From a virus: a stretch of 64,000 bases of DNA. Below, piece after piece: positions 26,648 through 34,404 of the stretch. A model generated the notes under the pieces. The model was not told the DNA's origin and ran no database searches. It worked only from the letters and a program-made list of their open reading frames with translations. Position numbers and translations under genes: made by a program. Location of the stretch: positions 128,001-192,000 of IMG/VR virus record IMGVR_UViG_3300045988_161245; one strand, 5' to 3'. Position 1 is the first letter of the stretch. The number at the start of each line of letters is the position of its first letter.

Positions 26648-27879
26648 ATTTTTATTTCCTCCACTATAATTGATTGTTTAAGCAGTTTTATAAAATCAAT
26701 ATTTTTTTCCTTAGATATTTTCAATATCGCTTCAATGTTATTAAACTCTTTTATTACGCAATCTTGTGTGATATTATTTGTTCTATTAGATACTATGTGT
26801 TTATTTTTCTTTTTATCGACTTTGTTAATGCTTGGTTGTATAAATTTGTGATACATTTCAATCCTATTTTGGTATGCTTCATTCAATATATTAATATTAA
26901 TCTTGCTAACTCCTGACATTATAGCAATTTCCTGAGCATCGTGTAATAATGATATTACAATTGAAATGTTACCGCAGGAATGGTCATATATCCATTTATA
27001 AAACTCTTCATTTATTGTTGCATTTTTTATAGTATATCGATATCTAAATAATATATTGCATATGTTTTTAAAGTACTCATCATAAGAAAGTGCTGTATAT
27101 TTAAGCCCCATAGTTCTTCTTGCAAGATGTTCGGCACCCTCGAAAAACAATACACTTTCCGGAGTACCAACCATACAAATACTTATTCCGCTATTGTTGA
27201 TAAGCTGTGTAAGAAATCCTATTATATTTTTACCGTTTTTTGAGTTTGCAACATTTTGTATCTCATCAATGATAAGAACACCTATATTATTTATTGCTAT
27301 TGTACTTATTTGGCTTATGAGGGCATCTGTAGTACATTTATCAATAATTTTCCCATTTAAATATTGTGTTTTAAGCATACTGTTTATCTTCATCAAAATT
27401 TCGATCGCAAGACCTTTTACAGATGAATCAAATGGACATTGTACAGTTACAAATGGAATTATATCTGAGAATAAATTGCAATCAAATTTACAATTTTCAA
27501 CAATAACATCTACTGCCCTGTTAACGGCTGTACTTTTACCAATACCTGAACTCCCTATTATTGTAAATGAATCAGATCCGCCAATTATACTATTAGAGTT
27601 TCCTGTTAAAAATCTTTTGTAATTTTCGTATCTTTGCTGTGATGCCAATTTTGAACTCTTCTTTTTTAGTGAGTGATATAAAGACAAATATAATTTGTTA
27701 TAAATCTCTATGGACATTTTAGATGGAATATAAATATCATATAGATTTGATAAAGCAATCAGTTTCTCTCCAATGTCCATATTTTTACTATTTTCATCAT
27801 ATTTTGGAACAACAGACAATGCTTTTACAAGTCCATCTCCTGATAACATTTTTGGTAATATTTTTGTATAATCATCCAT
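26644..27879 (-). CDS. tnsC: TnsC/TniB-like AAA+ transposition ATPase
   Basis: Walker A IIGSSGIGKSTAV, Walker B VLIIDEIQNV. It sits between tnsB and tniQ with overlapping stops and starts. Confidence 0.8.
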   Translation of the reverse strand: MDDYTKILPKMLSGDGLVKALSVVPKYDENSKNMDIGEKLIALSNLYDIYIPSKMSIEIYNKLYLSLYHSLKKKSSKLASQQRYENYKRFLTGNSNSIIGGSDSFTIIGSSGIGKSTAVNRAVDVIVENCKFDCNLFSDIIPFVTVQCPFDSSVKGLAIEILMKINSMLKTQYLNGKIIDKCTTDALISQISTIAINNIGVLIIDEIQNVANSKNGKNIIGFLTQLINNSGISICMVGTPESVLFFEGAEHLARRTMGLKYTALSYDEYFKNICNILFRYRYTIKNATINEEFYKWIYDHSCGNISIVISLLHDAQEIAIMSGVSKININILNEAYQNRIEMYHKFIQPSINKVDKKKNKHIVSNRTNNITQDCVIKEFNNIEAILKISKEKNIDFIKLLKQSIIVEEIKI

Positions 27880-29695
27880 TTAAGATATCCTCCGTGAAAT
27901 CAATATGATATTTTCTTTTAGCTCTATTTTTAACAGATGTAGTATATTTTGTATTTAATTTTTGAGGATATTGTACATTAGCTACTATCTCTTCCAAAGA
28001 ATTTGCCAAGTCAATTTGCGCCTGAGTGTTGCTATTACAATGACTATTTACGAGTTTTCGATGCTCTTTTTCGATCAATTCTACATCAGTTAACTCTTTT
28101 CCATTATACCTACTTTCAATCAATTTAAACTGTATATAACACCCATTTTCTATAAGCCATACATAGCTTACATTATCTGGATTATAAGCAACTGTTACTT
28201 CTCCACCAACCAAATATTTTTCAATATAATTCTCATTTTTGTACCTCATTTTATTTACTTTAAGCCCAAATCTACTAAATACACCGATGGTTCTTGGAAG
28301 TAATGTGAGCATAATTTGTTTTAATGTTACCGGTATTAAGTTAGCTCCTGGAAGTAATTTGTTATATTCAAAAATTCTATTCGCATATGGCTCAATATTG
28401 TTTTTTATCATATCTTCTGTATAAGGAAAATTCTTTAATATACGCTGCGAATTATAATATACAATGCACTTTACTATGATTTTTTCAAAAACTTCCATTG
28501 TCAAACAAGCATCTTTTCTATAATCATGTACGCCTCTTTCAAGAAAATCAGGTTCAACTATACCTTTATTTTTTAAATAAGGTTTGTATGTTTCTTGAAT
28601 TATATTAAAAAATTTTTCTACAACGCCTTTTAATTCAGGACGATATGGTGGCAAATTTTTTAGTGCAACTCCAAGCTCAGTTATTTGTTCGAAATTTTCA
28701 GATACATATTCTTTTCCCATGTCAGTAACAAATGTCCCTGGGATTTCAGATATGTTCCACTGATCATCGTTTATGAATATACCGAGTTCTTCACAATGTT
28801 TCTTTTTATTAGATACCATATTTTGCATGAGCACTTTTAAACTATAAATGCCACCTTCCCAAGTTAATGCATAGCCGTAACAAAAACTGCTATATGCGTC
28901 AATACAAACTGTTAATATAGGTCTTCCAACTAAGCTGTTTGTCTCATCTATGAGATATATGTCACACACCGTAGAGTCAAGTAATCCGGTACCAACTGCC
29001 GGTGCAAATTCCTGTACTCCATCGCCTAACAATGGTCTTTTATTTCTTTGGTAATTACTTAAACCACCTCTTGAAATGTAAAAAGCTTGCATATTTTTTG
29101 TCTTACGATAAAAGTATCTGAACTGATAAAAAGATGGTATATTAGGTTGTAACCTTCCATCTATATCGCAATATTTTTCTTTTAACATAAGCAAATAAGA
29201 AGACTTTAAACTATATCTGTTTGTGCTATAAAAATATTTATTTAAAGCCCATCTCATATTCTTTTCATCTTTAGTAAGTGACTTTTCTGTAATACTACTT
29301 TTTGGTACAAGTACACAAATATTTTGGAAAATAAGATACTTGTAAAAGTAGTTTCTAAGAGACTGTTTACTTATATTTCTTTCTTCACATATTTGATTTA
29401 CCAATGAGGTACGCTTGTGTTTATCATCCATAAAGGAAAGTAATGGAGCAATCATATTGTACCGATCGTATGCTATCTTTTTATTATGCTCTGAAGCTTC
29501 TGATATGTCGAATACAGGCTCCTTTGTCTCTTGTATAAGTAAATCCTCATCACACAAAATAGCGTCCTTAAAATCAATTTTATGCGCTGTATACGGCATT
29601 TTGGGATTTAAACAATCAATGATAAAAACTGATTGATCTGATTCTTTTAAAACTCTTGCTATTGTACCATTAAACTTATACAATTCATTCTTCAT
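27872..29695 (-). CDS. tnsB: TnsB-like DDE (rve/Mu-type) transposase
   Basis: The DDE core is DSTVCDIYLIDE ... FVTDMGKEYVSENF ... YRPELKGVVEKFF. I prefer the ATG at 29695 (MKNELYKF), which has GGGGGA upstream and an ATGAAGAATGA overlap with the tnsA stop. Confidence 0.85.
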   Translation of the reverse strand: MKNELYKFNGTIARVLKESDQSVFIIDCLNPKMPYTAHKIDFKDAILCDEDLLIQETKEPVFDISEASEHNKKIAYDRYNMIAPLLSFMDDKHKRTSLVNQICEERNISKQSLRNYFYKYLIFQNICVLVPKSSITEKSLTKDEKNMRWALNKYFYSTNRYSLKSSYLLMLKEKYCDIDGRLQPNIPSFYQFRYFYRKTKNMQAFYISRGGLSNYQRNKRPLLGDGVQEFAPAVGTGLLDSTVCDIYLIDETNSLVGRPILTVCIDAYSSFCYGYALTWEGGIYSLKVLMQNMVSNKKKHCEELGIFINDDQWNISEIPGTFVTDMGKEYVSENFEQITELGVALKNLPPYRPELKGVVEKFFNIIQETYKPYLKNKGIVEPDFLERGVHDYRKDACLTMEVFEKIIVKCIVYYNSQRILKNFPYTEDMIKNNIEPYANRIFEYNKLLPGANLIPVTLKQIMLTLLPRTIGVFSRFGLKVNKMRYKNENYIEKYLVGGEVTVAYNPDNVSYVWLIENGCYIQFKLIESRYNGKELTDVELIEKEHRKLVNSHCNSNTQAQIDLANSLEEIVANVQYPQKLNTKYTTSVKNRAKRKYHIDFTEDILNG

Positions 29696-30044
29696 TAATA
29701 ACAATCCCCCAATCTGATATACCATGCGTTTTCCAGTACTCTCTGGATGCGTCTAGTAATCTAATAGTCATCGGTTTTTGTAATAGTTTTCTTTCTATAC
29801 ATTCACGGACCATTAGGTCACCTGTATCTTTTACGCATACAAAGTCTGATGTGTAAGTTCTTTCTGGATACTTACTATCCTTATATCCATCAAGATCTAC
29901 ATTTACTCGTATACTGATTATGCTTTGATCTTTTTCTAGTTTCATTGCATAAGCATATTGAATCTTGCTGTAGGTTATGCATACGCCATCACATTTGCAT
30001 AAATATAATTTTGTTGCAGCTACTTTTGAATTTTTATTCCGCAT
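29685..30044 (-). CDS. tnsA: TnsA-like PD-(D/E)xK endonuclease (nuclease core only, 119 aa)
   Basis: TSDFVCVKDTGDLMVRECIERK fits the D...ExK restriction-endonuclease-like motif of the TnsA N-terminal domain. It is the first gene next to the repeat-rich end. AGGAGG RBS. Confidence 0.6.
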   Translation of the reverse strand: MRNKNSKVAATKLYLCKCDGVCITYSKIQYAYAMKLEKDQSIISIRVNVDLDGYKDSKYPERTYTSDFVCVKDTGDLMVRECIERKLLQKPMTIRLLDASREYWKTHGISDWGIVINEE

Positions 30045-30071
30045 TATTTTACCTCCTATTTTTGAAATGAT

Positions 30072-30241
30072 TTTTCCTAAAAACGGCTATTTTCTTGCTA
30101 AAAACGATTGATTTTTTCCTAAAAACGCATTTTTAGGGTTATTTTCGTTTTTAGCATTTCATTTTTAGGAAAAACAAAATACTCGCAAGCCCAGTAAAAT
30201 CAATGGTTTGCGGATTTTCCTAAAAACGTTTCCTAAAAACG
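30072..30241. repeat. array of 8 putative TnsB-binding sites, motif (C/G)CTAAAAACG
   Basis: Direct copies: 30076-30085, 30097-30106, 30118-30127, 30219-30228, 30232-30241. Inverted copies: 30128-30137, 30146-30155, 30160-30169. Copies 3 and 4 together form the palindrome CCTAAAAACGCATTTTTAGG. Confidence 0.7.
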
Positions 30242-30256
30242 AGGTTAAAAATACTA

Positions 30257-30663
30257 TGTTGAGAGGCAATTACTTTTAGTCTTTTTTGGGGCAAAAATTT
30301 TATTCTTTTATTCCGGTCAAAATTTGCTTTGAATTTGCTCTGACGCAAGATTTTCCTCTTTTGTGCATGTTAATTTGACTACAATAAAATCACAATTTTA
30401 TCGGAAAAATGACCCCCTTTAATCCCTTATTTTTATTGACTTTTCGAAAGCCGATTTTTGGAAAAATCGCGATTTTTAGCTATTTTGGGCTGTTTTTTGA
30501 ACTTTTCGTCAAATTGCACAAAAAAATGACCTTGGATAAAAATATCAAAGGTCATTTTCTATGTTCTTATTCTTATAAGTTTCTTGTAAGCAAACTATTT
30601 TATTTGATGTCTCAGGCTAAAAAAATTGCCCCATTTTACGCTAAAGTTTATTGCCCTCGAACA
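30257..30663. mobile_element. 407-bp non-coding mini-element with TGT...ACA termini and about 50-bp imperfect terminal inverted repeats
   Basis: The left end is TGTTGAGAGGCAATTACTTTTAGTCTTTTTTGGGGCAAAAATTTT. The right end, reverse-complemented, is TGTTCGAGGGCAATAAACTTTAGCGTAAAATGGGGCAATTTTTT. Internal inverted copies of GTCAAATTGCACAAAA lie at 30360-30380 and 30508-30523. An internal hairpin lies at 30527-30562. There are degenerate TTTTTAG(C/G) / GCTAAAAA motifs in end-appropriate orientation. Confidence 0.55.
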
Positions 30664-30771
30664 TAGTATTTCTGACCTTGAAGTCATTATACGAGATTTA
30701 TATATTTCTTGCAATAGTTCGAGTTCCAATTTCGCAATATTTTACTTATTTTGCTTAATATATTACGGATA

Positions 30772-30906
30772 TTAATCAATATCATCATCATCATCTTTAT
30801 TTCTTCCGGCAGTAAGACAAGCTGTAAGAATAAGTCCAACTACTCCACCAACCACAAATGTGCAGCCTACAATACAAATAAATGTACCAATACCAAGTGT
30901 AATCAT
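30772..30906 (-). CDS. 44-aa small membrane protein with an acidic tail (below the ORF-track cutoff)
   Basis: My own translation gives MITLGIGTFICIVGCTFVVGGVVGLILTACLTAGRNKDDDDDID. Its ATG overlaps the DHFR-fusion stop (ATGA), suggesting translational coupling. Confidence 0.5.
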   Translation of the reverse strand: MITLGIGTFICIVGCTFVVGGVVGLILTACLTAGRNKDDDDDID

Positions 30907-31871
30907 GCAGTCTCATCCTCCATTCTGTGAATTTCTGAATCAAGTAATGCTAATGATATTTTTAAATTGACCTCAACATTATCCGCACACCATGTTGAGA
31001 TACATCTGATAATTTCACCACGGTTATAATTAAGTTCCTGATCTTCAATAAAATCATTAACATCAATCTTAAATTTTTGATCTTCAACATCCACTGTATT
31101 ATCTTCTGTAAGTCTTCTTTCAAGGTACCACTTAGCTTTATTTAGGTCTTGTAATTCTTTCTGTGAATCTCCAGGATATTTTTTTCCTGCCCTACAGATA
31201 TATTTAGCAACATTTCCAAGGCAGTAACCAAGCCCCCTATCTTCAATGAAACTAATTACTTCATATTTTTTTCCTATATAATGTGATGGATTTTTAACTG
31301 CATCGTGACCAAAAACAGGATCAGAATAGGCATTGGATACAGTCTTACAATTCTCTTTTCTGATAAATGTTTTAAAGCTATATGATAAATTACCGTATGT
31401 CTTATCTATAGATTCAATCTCATCAAAATTGTTTAAAAGGTATTCGATTGGGAAAAATACATCCGCAGTTGAGATACATCTATTAACGATTGTTGCATAA
31501 ACTTTCTCGCAATGAGGTAAGAACATTTTGTAGATACTTTCTCCACCAATTGCAAAATACTTAGTCGGCATTTCAACTATAAATTTTATTTCTTCTTTTG
31601 TCATTTTTTTTAATATATTAACATCTGTAGCATATCCATTATCTTCATTGATTGGCTCTGCTGCATAATTAAGTGTCGTAGAAAGGACAATATTGTTCCT
31701 ACTTTTAAGAGGCTTGTTACCAATACTGTTCCATGTCTTTCTTCCCATGATAACAGAATGTCCCATTGTAATCTCTTTAAATCTTTTTAAGTCATCTGGA
31801 ATCTTATAAAGTAAGTCACCATTCTTACCGATTCCACCAAAATTATCCATACAAACGATTGCTGATAACAT
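30903..31871 (-). CDS. dihydrofolate reductase fused to a DUF3310 (SaV-like) domain
   Basis: The N-terminal about 165 aa are MLSAIVCMDNFGGIGKNGDLLYKIPDDLKRFKEITMGHSVIMGRKTWNSIG...NIVLS (DHFR). The C-terminal NPSHYIGKKYEVISFIEDRGLGYCLGNVAKYICRAGKKYPGDSQKELQDLNKAKWYLERRL matches the phage DUF3310 pattern. Confidence 0.75.
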   Translation of the reverse strand: MLSAIVCMDNFGGIGKNGDLLYKIPDDLKRFKEITMGHSVIMGRKTWNSIGNKPLKSRNNIVLSTTLNYAAEPINEDNGYATDVNILKKMTKEEIKFIVEMPTKYFAIGGESIYKMFLPHCEKVYATIVNRCISTADVFFPIEYLLNNFDEIESIDKTYGNLSYSFKTFIRKENCKTVSNAYSDPVFGHDAVKNPSHYIGKKYEVISFIEDRGLGYCLGNVAKYICRAGKKYPGDSQKELQDLNKAKWYLERRLTEDNTVDVEDQKFKIDVNDFIEDQELNYNRGEIIRCISTWCADNVEVNLKISLALLDSEIHRMEDETA

Positions 31872-31884
31872 AAATTTTCTCTCC

Positions 31885-32787
31885 TTAAATACCCAACGGT
31901 AGCGTCAATTGTGGCTTCATTGGCTTGTAATTTTCCATAGAAAAGTCGTCAATTGTCATGTCATAAAAGTTATTTTTTTCTGGATTTAATACCAATTTTG
32001 GCATCAAATTTTTATCAATTTCATCATTTTTTAATGCTTCAAAAGTGGCTAAATGTCTCTCATTTGCACGATGAATTAGCTCTTTTGCTTGGTCAATCTG
32101 GCGCGTATAAATTTGTTCATTCACTACGAAATGAGTAAATTTTCCAGGCTTATATCCGGTGTGTTTTGCGACCATCATAAGTAATGCAGCGTACTGTACT
32201 TCATTTGTTGATCCTGGACCACTTGCAGGTAATAAATCACCAGATCTTTGGTTTAAAAACATATCTAAATACTCTTCACGTACTGTCCAAATAGTCTCAT
32301 ATGCACATGGTTTTAATCCGTTTGGTTCATCTTTAAATTCTTCTTCCTGCCACAAATTGCAGATATGATAACGTCCATATGGATTGTTCTTGATATCATC
32401 TAAAACACGCTTTTTAAACAAGTCATAACGGTGTACTGTATGACCATATCTATATCCATTTGTACCGTCTCCAATATCCCATAAATCCCAAAAATGTACG
32501 CCCATTTCGTTCAGAATTTTGAGGTCATTTGACTCTTTCTGGAAGATCCAAAACATCTCTTTAATTGCACTTTTCCATGCAATTGGACGTAAAGTACAAA
32601 TTGGAAAATCACCTTTTGAGAGGTCATATTGACGCATTTGATGTGTCACAAAATAGGTGTGAGCAGGTGTTCCGTCCTCGTATTTTGGTCTAGGATTTTC
32701 ATCTTTAATACCATTTTGAAGGATATTATAGATAGATTCTACGAGATATTTATCGGCTTTTGTCATTAATCCGTATTCGTATTCCAT
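31885..32787 (-). CDS. thyA: thymidylate synthase (B. subtilis ThyA / phage type)
   Basis: DGTPAHTYFVTHQMR, the catalytic LKPCAYETIWTV (compare TPCVYETQWYV in B. subtilis ThyA), QRSGD...NEVQYAALL, and YTRQIDQ. Confidence 0.85.
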   Translation of the reverse strand: MEYEYGLMTKADKYLVESIYNILQNGIKDENPRPKYEDGTPAHTYFVTHQMRQYDLSKGDFPICTLRPIAWKSAIKEMFWIFQKESNDLKILNEMGVHFWDLWDIGDGTNGYRYGHTVHRYDLFKKRVLDDIKNNPYGRYHICNLWQEEEFKDEPNGLKPCAYETIWTVREEYLDMFLNQRSGDLLPASGPGSTNEVQYAALLMMVAKHTGYKPGKFTHFVVNEQIYTRQIDQAKELIHRANERHLATFEALKNDEIDKNLMPKLVLNPEKNNFYDMTIDDFSMENYKPMKPQLTLPLGI

Positions 32788-32790
32788 GTA

Positions 32791-33033
32791 TTATTCCTCA
32801 ACTTTCCACTTAAAAATATCTTCTTCAAATTTAGAAATTACATCTTTATTATTAGTGTGGATTACAATAAAAATTTCTTTTGGAATTCCAAGAGACAATA
32901 ATCCCATAATAGATTTTGCATCAATAACATATCTGCCACATACTGCGTCAATATCATAATTGTATTTATCAATAGATTTCACGAGACTATTAGCATCATT
33001 CAGTGTATTCAGTTTGATTCTCATTATTTTCAT
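32791..33033 (-). CDS. HPr-fold-like small protein lacking the phospho-His motif
   Basis: VIDAKSIMGLLSLGIPKEIFIVIHTNN resembles the HPr core (naKSImgvmsLgv). The LHARPA His15 region is replaced by LNDANS. Confidence 0.35.
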   Translation of the reverse strand: MKIMRIKLNTLNDANSLVKSIDKYNYDIDAVCGRYVIDAKSIMGLLSLGIPKEIFIVIHTNNKDVISKFEEDIFKWKVEE

Positions 33034-33235
33034 CTTCTTTCACTTCTTTATTTACTATATCTTCATCTTCTAAAAACAATTTATATCCATATTTATCATT
33101 ACAAATGTTATATAATTTTGCATTTGCATCTTCGGAAGCAGGTACACCCTTTTTGTGAGTGTACCTTTTGCAAGTGTTCTGTTTTGGACATGTTTTAGAA
33201 TTTTCATCTAATGCGCAATAATAAAATGTGTCCAT
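32996..33235 (-). CDS. hypothetical Cys-containing acidic protein
   Basis: Compact operon position. No motif recognised. Confidence 0.45.
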   Translation of the reverse strand: MDTFYYCALDENSKTCPKQNTCKRYTHKKGVPASEDANAKLYNICNDKYGYKLFLEDEDIVNKEVKEDENNENQTEYTE

Positions 33236-33238
33236 TCA

Positions 33239-33775
33239 TTACTCCTTTTTGTTGTCAGTTGATCCGAAACCACCGTTACGTGTTGCTTCTACATGATCGT
33301 CTTCTGTAATTCCATATTCTAAGAAAATTCCCTGGGCGATAGCTGCATTGCTTGTTACTGAAAACTCTTTATCTCCACGATTTACAAGTTTAATAAAAAT
33401 GTGACCTTCGTTGTCAGAGTTAATAAAATCGCAGTCTATAATTCCTGTTCCATTTACTAGATTGCACTGATATTTAAATCCAAGTCCACTTCTTGGGTAA
33501 ATCATAAGAACATAATCTGTATTCATACGACATTTAATACCTGTTGGAATTTTAATTACTTCTCCTGGCTTTAGTGTAAATGAAAATGGAGTTCTAATAT
33601 CAAATCCTGCGCTAAACTTTGTAGCTCTTGTAGGTAACTCTAATCCATAATACATACTTTCAATTTCTTGTCTGAGTCTCTTAGATGTATCATCACCTGC
33701 AAGTCCAAATGTATCTAAATAATCTTTTTCAAACTGCTTATAGCTTACTTTCTCAAATTTTGCTACCCTCTTCAT
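33239..33775 (-). CDS. dut: trimeric dUTP diphosphatase
   Basis: The motifs SAGFDI, YPRSGLGFK, GTGIIDCDF and RNGGFGSTD are present. Confidence 0.85.
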   Translation of the reverse strand: MKRVAKFEKVSYKQFEKDYLDTFGLAGDDTSKRLRQEIESMYYGLELPTRATKFSAGFDIRTPFSFTLKPGEVIKIPTGIKCRMNTDYVLMIYPRSGLGFKYQCNLVNGTGIIDCDFINSDNEGHIFIKLVNRGDKEFSVTSNAAIAQGIFLEYGITEDDHVEATRNGGFGSTDNKKE

Positions 33776-34401
33776 TAATCTTCATCCTCCTCGTCCCATG
33801 GATCATATTCATCGCAACATTCACAATCACCGTTGCAATGCAATTCTTTATTTGGATTAACTCTAAACATATATTTAAGAATTCTGTCTTCACCAATAGT
33901 TTCAATTGCATCGTAAGCTATATCTCCATTAGAGAACAGTACAGTACCTACCGGTGGAAGAAATGAATCGTTCTCAACAGTAATTGACATGTCGTCTTCA
34001 TCAAGTACAAGCCAGAATGCGTACGATGGATGGGCGATTTCTCCATTGTGTTCATCTGCATAATTCTGAAGTTCTGTCATTATTTTTCTACGCTCCATCT
34101 CAAATTCAGCTTCTTCTTTTGTCTTGTAAATATTTCTAGCGTTATAATATTTGTTATCAAAAACATCGTTTTCCCATTTGAGAGAAGTTATATTATCAAA
34201 AGGATCAATATGAAAATAATCTTCACCAAAATTTGGTTTCCAACGTTTATTCGCATCTTTCTTTTTATTCTCTTCTTTATTTGTATCTGCAACTTTCTGT
34301 AAATCCTCTTTTACTCTTGAAAGTGTTTGTGTAATAGCTTTAATAACCTCTGGACTACATCCAGATACATCAACGTTATATCCAATACAATTTGTATCCA
34401 T
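33775..34401 (-). CDS. hypothetical protein with a Cys-rich acidic C-terminus
   Basis: Ends in CNGDCECCDEYDPWDEEDED. The start overlaps the upstream stop. Confidence 0.5.
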   Translation of the reverse strand: MDTNCIGYNVDVSGCSPEVIKAITQTLSRVKEDLQKVADTNKEENKKKDANKRWKPNFGEDYFHIDPFDNITSLKWENDVFDNKYYNARNIYKTKEEAEFEMERRKIMTELQNYADEHNGEIAHPSYAFWLVLDEDDMSITVENDSFLPPVGTVLFSNGDIAYDAIETIGEDRILKYMFRVNPNKELHCNGDCECCDEYDPWDEEDED

Positions 34402-34404
34402 ATT

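Larger units (their letters stand above)
25835..30256 (-). mobile_element. Tn7-like transposon core (tnsA-tnsB-tnsC-tniQ) with a repeat-rich right end; left boundary undetermined
   Basis: The gene order and overlaps are canonical for Tn7-like elements. Eight copies of a CCTAAAAACG-type motif lie upstream of tnsA. The cargo probably extends at least to 25099. Confidence 0.75.

Noticed and set aside
26555-29636. Several 60-140-aa plus-strand ORFs antisense to tniQ, tnsC and tnsB.
   Set aside because: They are hydrophobic, low-complexity reverse-frame artefacts within genes that have clear family motifs on the minus strand.
30072-30241. Whether the CCTAAAAACG repeat cluster could be a CRISPR array.
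   Set aside because: The repeat unit is only about 10-13 bp, spacing is irregular (13-21 bp), orientation is mixed, and no cas genes are present. It is adjacent to tnsA, as expected for transposase-binding sites.
30409-30666. An 85-aa ORF inside the 407-bp mini-element.
   Set aside because: It has no RBS and a phenylalanine/leucine-rich translation. It crosses an internal terminator hairpin and the terminal inverted repeat.
31885-32787. Whether the ThyA homologue is a dUMP/dCMP hydroxymethylase, implying hypermodified DNA, because the usual PCH motif reads PCAY.
   Set aside because: B. subtilis ThyA naturally has PCVY at this position, and the rest of the protein aligns with that subfamily. 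The dUMP-specifying Asn is retained and a DHFR gene is adjacent, consistent with a genuine thymidylate synthase cycle.
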